Assembly (NCBI GenBank): GCA_964446365.1
Contig: CAYUOI010000001.1
Span: 1-43,087 of the forward strand
Origin: an uncultured Candidatus Saccharibacteria bacterium
Lineage (GTDB): Bacteria > Patescibacteriota > Saccharimonadia > Saccharimonadales > CAYVSP01
Direction of reading: 5' to 3'
DNA: 43,087 bases
Shown in pieces: positions 37,949 through 43,087 of this stretch. Position 1 is the stretch's first letter; each line of letters opens with the position of its first letter. The notes beneath the pieces are model-generated. The model was not told where the DNA came from and did not search any database. It saw nothing but the letters and a program-made list of their open reading frames with translations. A program made the translations under genes and the position numbers.

Positions 37949-38059
37949 TTATTCTGCGTCTTTGCGAAGACGGGCTTCGCGGACAACAAATGAAATTAAA
38001 ATAGCTACTGTCGCGCCTATCCCGGCGGCCACCAACTGATTTATATCTGCGGGAGTCAT
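37949..38059 (-). CDS. candidate 36-aa single-TM peptide (absent from the ORF track)
   Basis: It encodes MTPADINQLVAAGIGATVAILISFVVREARLRKDAE. On the minus strand it has an extended -10, TGTTATAAT (38091-38099), and an AAGG Shine-Dalgarno (38066-38069) 6 nt before the ATG at 38059. Two overlapping hairpins lie at its 3' end (37957-37980). Confidence 0.4.
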   Translation of the reverse strand: MTPADINQLVAAGIGATVAILISFVVREARLRKDAE

Positions 38060-38138
38060 TTCTAACCTTTATTTTTTAAAACGTAACCATATTATAACAC
38101 AAGCGCATTGAGCTCTGGTAGAGACTTCTGAGGAATAG

Positions 38139-38166
38139 TTGACAATAGTACTAGTTATGCTAAAGT
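38139..38166 (+). promoter_or_regulatory. strong sigma-70-type promoter of the his leader
   Basis: TTGACA (38139-38144), a 16-nt spacer, then TAAAGT (38161-38166), preceded by TGc (an extended -10). Confidence 0.65.
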
Positions 38167-38173
38167 AATCTTT

Positions 38174-38230
38174 ATGGTTTATTTAACTAACCAGCATCAT
38201 CTGCATATATTGCCGGAGCATGTCGGTTAG
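38174..38230 (+). CDS. candidate leaderless His-codon leader peptide (18 codons)
   Basis: It encodes MVYLTNQHHLHILPEHVG. The ATG lies 7 nt after the -10 hexamer. CAT codons occur at 38195, 38198, 38204 and 38219. Confidence 0.45.
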   Translation: MVYLTNQHHLHILPEHVG

Positions 38231-38256
38231 TTAAGTATTGTCTTTTTAAAACATTA

Positions 38257-38284
38257 CGCCGGACATCGCTCCGGCGATTTTTTT
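38257..38284 (+). terminator. intrinsic terminator in the hisG-hisS leader
   Basis: CGCCGGA (38257-38263) pairs perfectly with TCCGGCG (38270-38276), giving a 7-bp stem with a 6-nt loop. One A and then T7 (38278-38284) follow. Confidence 0.8.
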
Positions 38285-38312
38285 AGTATTTTTTGTAATT
38301 AAGGAGAAAGAA

Positions 38313-38916
38313 ATGAATCCAGAAATTTTTAAAAAAGCAGAACGAGTCTTAATTCCTAAGGGACGTGACTTGAAAATAGTACTAGAGTGGATAGCCCTAC
38401 AGGGTTTTGAGCCGCCAATGGCACCTACGGAAGATCGGAGGTCACTTCACCCAGCTTGTTGATAAAAAGCTGTATGCGTTTGTGAAATCTGCAGATATAC
38501 GGGAAATGTTGTTCCGACACTACGCTGAAATTGGATTTATTGGCTCAGACAAATTAAGAGAAGCTAAGCTCAGCGGAAAAGGTGATACCTATGAGAATGA
38601 ACCAATCGCCGATGCCGCCTGTACTATGGTTGAAGCTTCCAGGTGCAAAGATGGCCTTACGCCGTATTCTAGAGTAGCAAGTAGCTATCCGTTTACGGCG
38701 CGTGAATACATGTGGAATCTGCCGGGCCCGCCGCTGCGACCAATACCAAATATAGTATTCGAACCGAGCGGATCTGTAGAAGCATTTGTGGAGCTTGGAA
38801 TAGCCGATGGCATAATCGATGTACGGGAAACTGGGCAAACACTCGAAGATAACGGAATTACGTACTATAAAGAAATAATGCCTATAACCACCAACATAGT
38901 TTGGCGAAATGGTTAA
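38313..38916 (+). pseudogene. hisG: short-form ATP phosphoribosyltransferase (HisG-S) interrupted by a +1 frame change
   Basis: A 49-codon ORF (38313-38462) follows an AAGGAG Shine-Dalgarno at 38301-38306 and encodes the HisG N-terminus (RVLIPKGRDLKIVLEWI). The rest is in the +1 frame (open from 38395, listed ORF 38407-38916). That part carries EIGFIGSDKL, RVASSYPFTAREY and the HisG signature EAFVELGIADGIIDVRETGQTL. Confidence 0.75.
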
Positions 38917-38936
38917 TGTTAGAATGGAGAAAAGCA

Positions 38937-40244
38937 ATGGCACTATCAACACAACCATATAAAGGCGCTCGTGATTTCTATCCGGAAGACGAGCGGCTAC
39001 AAAAGTACATCTTTGCCAAGTGGCGCGAAGTCTGCGAGCGCTATGGCTATGAAGAGTACGACGCGCCTATTTTGGAACCGACAGAACTATATTTAAGCAA
39101 AGGTAATGAAGAGATCATTAAAGAGCAAACGTATAGCTTCGAAGATCGCGGTGGGCGGCAGGTAACGCTGCGTACGGAGATGACGCCAACGGTAAGCCGG
39201 ATGGTGGCCGGTCGGCGTCAGGAGCTGGGCTATCCGTTGCGATTGTATTCAATACCGCAGTGCTGGCGCTACGAACGCCCACAGCGTGGGCGAGGTCGCG
39301 AATTCTACCAGCTAAACGTCGATCTATTTGGCGTTGAAGGTATTCAGGCCGAGTACGAAATAATCTCTAACGCCGACGCCGTCATGGTCGCTTTTGGCGC
39401 CAAGCGCAACATGTACGCCATTAAGCTCAATAGCCGCAAACTTGTCGACTACGTAATGCGGACATGGCTAGGACTCGATGAAGCGCAAACCGCGCCAGTC
39501 ATACGGTTAATAGATCGCATCGATAAAATTGAGCGCACTGAGTTTTCGAGCAAGCTTGATGCAATATTAACACCTGCGCAACGGACGAATAAGACTGAAG
39601 AGCGTTTGATGGCATTTCTAGACGTGCAAAAGCTTGAAGATTTGCCCGCCGACTTGCAAAAGTTTGATTCGGCGACTGAACTGCGCGAACTGATGCAGGC
39701 ACTTACAGAAGATGGCGTCAACAACATCGTTTTTGAGGCCTCACTAATGCGCGGTTTTGATTACTATACCGATATAGTTTTTGAGGTCTTTGATACGAGT
39801 CCAGAAAATAATCGTTCTATGTTTGGCGGAGGTCGCTACGATGGTTTGGTAGAAGCATTCGGTGCCGAGGCAGTCCCAACCGTGGGCTACGGAATGGGCG
39901 ATATACCGCTGACGAATTTTCTAGAGACACACCAGCTTAGTCCAGACTTGCGTCCAGAGACTGATCTATACGTAATTGCGATCGGTAATTTTTATAGGCC
40001 GGTCCAAAAAATTGCTAATGAACTTCGCGAAATGGGTGTCAATGTTGCCGTCGACACCACTGGCCGGAAGACGGATAAGCAAATTAAGACGGCGGTCAAA
40101 AAAGACATTCGCTACGCACTGTTCGTCGGCGAAGAAGAGCTAACCAGTAAACAGTATCGTCTCAAGGATTTGAAGACAGGCGCAGAAGAAACAATTGATT
40201 TAGAAGGTATCGCGGCTACGCTAAAAGACTTTCGACGTTCATAA
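38937..40244 (+). CDS. hisS: histidine--tRNA ligase
   Basis: 435 aa from ATG 38937, with GGAGAA 7 nt upstream. It has YKGARDFYPED, motif 2 RYERPQRGRGREFYQLNVDLFG, motif 3 GGGRYDGL, and a C-terminal anticodon-binding domain. Confidence 0.93.
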   Translation: MALSTQPYKGARDFYPEDERLQKYIFAKWREVCERYGYEEYDAPILEPTELYLSKGNEEIIKEQTYSFEDRGGRQVTLRTEMTPTVSRMVAGRRQELGYPLRLYSIPQCWRYERPQRGRGREFYQLNVDLFGVEGIQAEYEIISNADAVMVAFGAKRNMYAIKLNSRKLVDYVMRTWLGLDEAQTAPVIRLIDRIDKIERTEFSSKLDAILTPAQRTNKTEERLMAFLDVQKLEDLPADLQKFDSATELRELMQALTEDGVNNIVFEASLMRGFDYYTDIVFEVFDTSPENNRSMFGGGRYDGLVEAFGAEAVPTVGYGMGDIPLTNFLETHQLSPDLRPETDLYVIAIGNFYRPVQKIANELREMGVNVAVDTTGRKTDKQIKTAVKKDIRYALFVGEEELTSKQYRLKDLKTGAEETIDLEGIAATLKDFRRS

Positions 40245-40302
40245 CAGAAATTGTGCTGGTGGTTCTAGCGCAACTTCTTTAGATCTGTTAAAATAATCTT
40301 TC

Positions 40303-41583
40303 ATGCAAGTCAAAAAGACATTTCCTGAAGATACAGTCGCTGAACTAACCATAACGGCCGGCCATGCCGATTTAGAGCCACTGAAAATGCACGTTCTCAA
40401 ACATTTTCAGCAAAAAACCCGGGTTGCCGGCTTTCGCGACGGCAAGGTTCCGCTGGCATTGGTCGAAAAAAATGTCGACCAGGCGGCTTTGCAGTCTGAA
40501 TTTTTAGAAGAAGCCATCAACCACTTATTTTCAACTGCTGCTCGCGAACTACGCCTGCGGCCGGTTGCTCAGCCTGAAGTTAACGTTAAAAAATTTGTGC
40601 CTTACAGCGAACTGGAGTTTGACGTTAAAGCTGAGATTATTAGCGCCGTAAAACTACCCGATTATAAGAAAATCAAGAAGCCATTGCTAAAAGCCGAAGT
40701 TACGGCAGATGATGTCAAAGACGTATTAAAAAATTTGCAAACACGGGCGGCCGAGCGAAAAGAAGTTGACCGAGCCAGTAAAACTGGCGACGAAGTATGG
40801 ATTGATTTTAACGGCCAAGACGCCAAAGGCGAACCGGTTAGTGGTGCTGATGGCAAAGATTATCCGTTAATTTTAGGCAGTAACACATTTATTCCGGGCT
40901 TTGAACCAAATTTGGTAGGCGTAAAAACCGGCGACGACAAGCAGTTCACGCTTACTTTTCCTAAGGATTACGGCGTCAAAGCTATCGCCGGAAAGAAAGT
41001 AACTTTTATAGTTAACGTTAAAAAAGTACAGGAAATAATTGAGCCCAAACTCGATGACGCCTTCGCTGCTACCGTCGCCCCTTTTAAAAGTATTAAGGAT
41101 TTGAAGGCCGATATTAAAAAGCAGTTGGTCTTAGAAAAGCAGGCTGAGGCAGATCGCCAGTATGATAATGAGCTGGTCCTGGAGATAGCCGCTCAGACCA
41201 AAGTTGCCATCCCAAAGCGGCTAATAGACGATCAAATCGACAAAATTGAAGAAGATGAGAGACGCAATATTACCTACCGAGGGCAGACCTGGGAAGAACA
41301 TCTTAAAGAGGAAAATCTCACCGCCGAGGAACACAAAGAGCAAAAAAGGCCTGTTGCCATCGAGCGCGTAAAAGCAGGATTGGTATTATCAGAAATTGCC
41401 GAAGCCGAAGGTATAACAGTAACACCCGAAGAACTTGAAGTCCGTGTCCAGCTACTTAAAGGCCAATATCAGGACGAATCTATGCGCGCCGAGCTAGATA
41501 AGGAAGAAAATCGCCGCGAATTGGCCTCTAGAATACTGACCGAAAAGACCCTTGAACGCCTGAAAAGCATTGTCGCCAAATAG
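40303..41583 (+). CDS. tig: trigger factor
   Basis: 426 aa with the ribosome-binding signature GFRDGKVP. An FKBP-type PPIase middle domain and a helical C-terminal domain are present. Confidence 0.93.
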   Translation: MQVKKTFPEDTVAELTITAGHADLEPLKMHVLKHFQQKTRVAGFRDGKVPLALVEKNVDQAALQSEFLEEAINHLFSTAARELRLRPVAQPEVNVKKFVPYSELEFDVKAEIISAVKLPDYKKIKKPLLKAEVTADDVKDVLKNLQTRAAERKEVDRASKTGDEVWIDFNGQDAKGEPVSGADGKDYPLILGSNTFIPGFEPNLVGVKTGDDKQFTLTFPKDYGVKAIAGKKVTFIVNVKKVQEIIEPKLDDAFAATVAPFKSIKDLKADIKKQLVLEKQAEADRQYDNELVLEIAAQTKVAIPKRLIDDQIDKIEEDERRNITYRGQTWEEHLKEENLTAEEHKEQKRPVAIERVKAGLVLSEIAEAEGITVTPEELEVRVQLLKGQYQDESMRAELDKEENRRELASRILTEKTLERLKSIVAK

Positions 41584-41608
41584 TAAAAGCTTGATTCAGG
41601 AAACAAAA

Positions 41609-41650
41609 TTAGCACTCTATGTTGACGAGTGCTAATTTTCAAATTATACT
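41609..41650 (+). promoter_or_regulatory. perfect CIRCE operator overlapping the clpP promoter
   Basis: TTAGCACTC (41609-41617), N9, GAGTGCTAA (41627-41635) matches the consensus exactly. The -35 TTGACG (41622-41627) lies inside the element. A 17-nt spacer leads to the -10 TATACT (41645-41650). Confidence 0.85.
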
Positions 41651-41659
41651 GGTTTTTAT

Positions 41660-42277
41660 ATGAGTATGGAAAAACCAATTAGACAAGTTTTAATACCAAC
41701 GGTTATAGAACAGGAAGGCCGTATCGAGCGCGCCTACGACATTTATTCACGGCTCTTAAAAGACCGCATTATCTTCATCGGCGATGATGTTAATCCGCAC
41801 ACAGCTAACTTGATAGTCGCTCAGTTATTATTCCTAGATAACGAAGACAGCAAAAAAGATATCTTTCTTTATATAAACAGCCCGGGCGGCAGCGTTTATG
41901 ACGCTCTGGCAATATACGACACTATGCAATTTGTAAAAGCTGACGTGCAGACCGTAGGTATTGGCGTTCAGGCCAGCGCTGCAGCCTTTTTACTGAGCAG
42001 TGGCGCCAAGGGCAAACGCTTTATACTGCCGCATGCTACGGTAATGATTCACCAGCCTTCAAGTGGTACGCGCGGTAAAGTTACCGATCAGGAGATTGAT
42101 CTCAAAGAGGCCCTCCGCGTCAAAAAGTTAATGGAACAGATTATGGCCAAGAATACCGGCCAAAAACTTGAAAAAATCCACACCGACATGGAACGCGATT
42201 TCTGGATGACAGCCGACGAAGCCAAAAAATACGGTGTTGTTGACGGCATCATTAGCAATCCACCAAAACTAGCTTAA
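41660..42277 (+). CDS. clpP: ATP-dependent Clp protease proteolytic subunit
   Basis: 205 aa with [14 protein letters not shown], the catalytic Ser context [11 protein letters not shown] and the His context MIHQPS. Confidence 0.96.
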   Translation: MSMEKPIRQVLIPTVIEQEGRIERAYDIYSRLLKDRIIFIGDDVNPHTANLIVAQLLFLDNEDSKKDIFLYINSPGGSVYDALAIYDTMQFVKADVQTVGIGVQASAAAFLLSSGAKGKRFILPHATVMIHQPSSGTRGKVTDQEIDLKEALRVKKLMEQIMAKNTGQKLEKIHTDMERDFWMTADEAKKYGVVDGIISNPPKLA

Positions 42278-42321
42278 ATCTCTTGTGCTTAACGGATTTA
42301 ATTATCATATACTGATTATTC

Positions 42322-43002
42322 GTGACTAATAGCGCTATTTATGAACCTAAGTCGGGCGGAGTTTTTGCAGTAGAGAGGCTGTCGCCAGGTTTGGTTGATC
42401 GAAATCCTAAATATGTAACAGCTATTCGCAGAATTTTAGAAGCAAGCTGGACGGCTAAGTTTGTGCCGGAACATATGACGGCGGTAGACCTTGGCGCAAA
42501 GTTAGTATCAAATTCTGTACAGCGAGAACGCATAGTTACGCCAACTCGTGATGCTGCTTATTGGCTGGCTTACCGACCAATCAAAGCTGAAGACGGTGAG
42601 TATGACTTAGGATTACGTCATGTTAATGATGCGTGCGCGTTCGTGCGAGTTGAGACCTATAAACCTCGCAATCCATTCAAAAAAGCTTATTCAAATATTA
42701 CGGATGTAGAAACGCTAGACGGCAAAATACGCGGTACATACGAAAAGCAGGTTGCAGCTCTTTTGCACTTCGCGCTAGCAGATTTCGAAGATGATCGAAA
42801 AGCCTCGTTTTATGGTGAAGAACCGAACGATGAAGCAGTTAGAGCCATGGGCAGACTGGGTTATGACTTAACTGACGACAGGCCGACCGAAAAAATCGGT
42901 GCAGCTACAATGACATACGTACATATGGAAGCGAACGCAGTAGAGAGAGTTAAAGGGAATCTTATGCTTGCTTATCCGTTCTTAGGGCAGCCGGCAGCTT
43001 GA
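42322..43002 (+). CDS. hypothetical protein (orphan) in the position usually held by clpX
   Basis: 226-aa ORF with a GTG start and a TATACT -10 (42308-42313) 8 nt upstream. I recognise no motif. Confidence 0.55.
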   Translation: MTNSAIYEPKSGGVFAVERLSPGLVDRNPKYVTAIRRILEASWTAKFVPEHMTAVDLGAKLVSNSVQRERIVTPTRDAAYWLAYRPIKAEDGEYDLGLRHVNDACAFVRVETYKPRNPFKKAYSNITDVETLDGKIRGTYEKQVAALLHFALADFEDDRKASFYGEEPNDEAVRAMGRLGYDLTDDRPTEKIGAATMTYVHMEANAVERVKGNLMLAYPFLGQPAA

Positions 43003-43087
43003 CATGAGAAATCTCATTGTTTAGACTGTACGATAAGAAGTAGTGTATGCTGGGCAGTGCTCGATGTGCCGGACTATTGAGCAGCCA

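Noticed and set aside
37844-38312. tRNA-Leu as the attachment site of a genomic island carrying hisG-hisS.
   Set aside because: There is no integrase, and I saw no direct repeat of the tRNA 3' end downstream. hisS is an essential core gene.
38442-38465. Programmed +1 ribosomal frameshifting at the hisG frame-0 stop (UGU UGA U), by analogy with prfB.
   Set aside because: There is no slippery P-site codon: tRNA-Cys on UGU cannot re-pair on GUU. There is no upstream SD-like stimulator. An indel, real or an assembly error, is the simpler explanation.
43004-43021. ATGAGA-aa-TCTCATTGTT after the last ORF, considered as a terminator or as a second operator related to the uvrB palindrome.
   Set aside because: A 2-nt loop makes the full hairpin impossible, and no U-tract follows. 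A single shared 10-mer in 43 kb could be chance. It is mentioned only under the uvrB finding.
1-43087. CRISPR arrays, tandem or long dispersed repeats, IS elements, integrases and prophage genes.
   Set aside because: I saw no repeat-spacer periodicity and no transposase, integrase or phage-like ORF. The only recurring motifs are the short regulatory palindromes reported above.
1-43087. An alternative genetic code (UGA recoding), as seen in some CPR lineages.
   Set aside because: Conserved proteins are full length under the standard code. Several genes end cleanly at TGA, for example at 1276-1278. No in-frame TGA interrupts any recognisable gene.

Overview
This is a 43-kb, almost gap-free housekeeping stretch from a small, compact bacterial genome. 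I call about 40 CDS and one tRNA-Leu(UAG). I found no rRNA, CRISPR array, transposase, integrase or long repeat.

The recognisable genes fall into these groups:
- DNA repair and replication: uvrB, dnaE, radA, recG, rnhB.
- Translation: gatC-gatA-X-gatB, tyrS, hisS, rplS, rsmD, and a TrmH-family methyltransferase.
- Proteostasis: clpC, tig-clpP, and an M1 aminopeptidase.
- Transcription: nusA.
- Envelope: a class A PBP, a PilB/GspE-type ATPase, a CAP-domain protein, and small YtxH/DUF948-like proteins.
- Metabolism: a malic enzyme.
- Several orphan ORFs.

The gene content and extreme compaction suggest a reduced-genome Patescibacteria/CPR organism, possibly Saccharibacteria-like. That placement is inference only.

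Points worth a second look:
1. The only long intergenic region (37929-38312) carries a consensus-like promoter, an 18-codon leaderless ORF with 4 His codons, and mutually exclusive antiterminator and terminator helices. This looks like a histidine-sensing attenuator.
2. That leader sits upstream of a short-form hisG (ATP phosphoribosyltransferase) split by a frameshift, followed immediately by a bona fide hisS.
3. CIRCE (HrcA-type) operators overlap the -35 regions of both the clpP promoter (perfect match) and the clpC promoter (one mismatch).
4. A clear WhiB-like Fe-S regulator lies beside the pilus ATPase. This family is regarded as actinobacterial.
5. At about 17 gene starts, a -10 hexamer (often extended, TGn) sits 5-9 nt upstream of the start codon with no Shine-Dalgarno. 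This implies pervasive leaderless mRNAs.
6. A hairpin plus U-tract lies in the nusA leader.
7. An unannotated 36-codon membrane-peptide ORF with its own extended -10 promoter converges on the tRNA.
8. Four convergent gene pairs share overlapping stop codons.

All calls come from reading the sequence and recalling family motifs. No searches were run.
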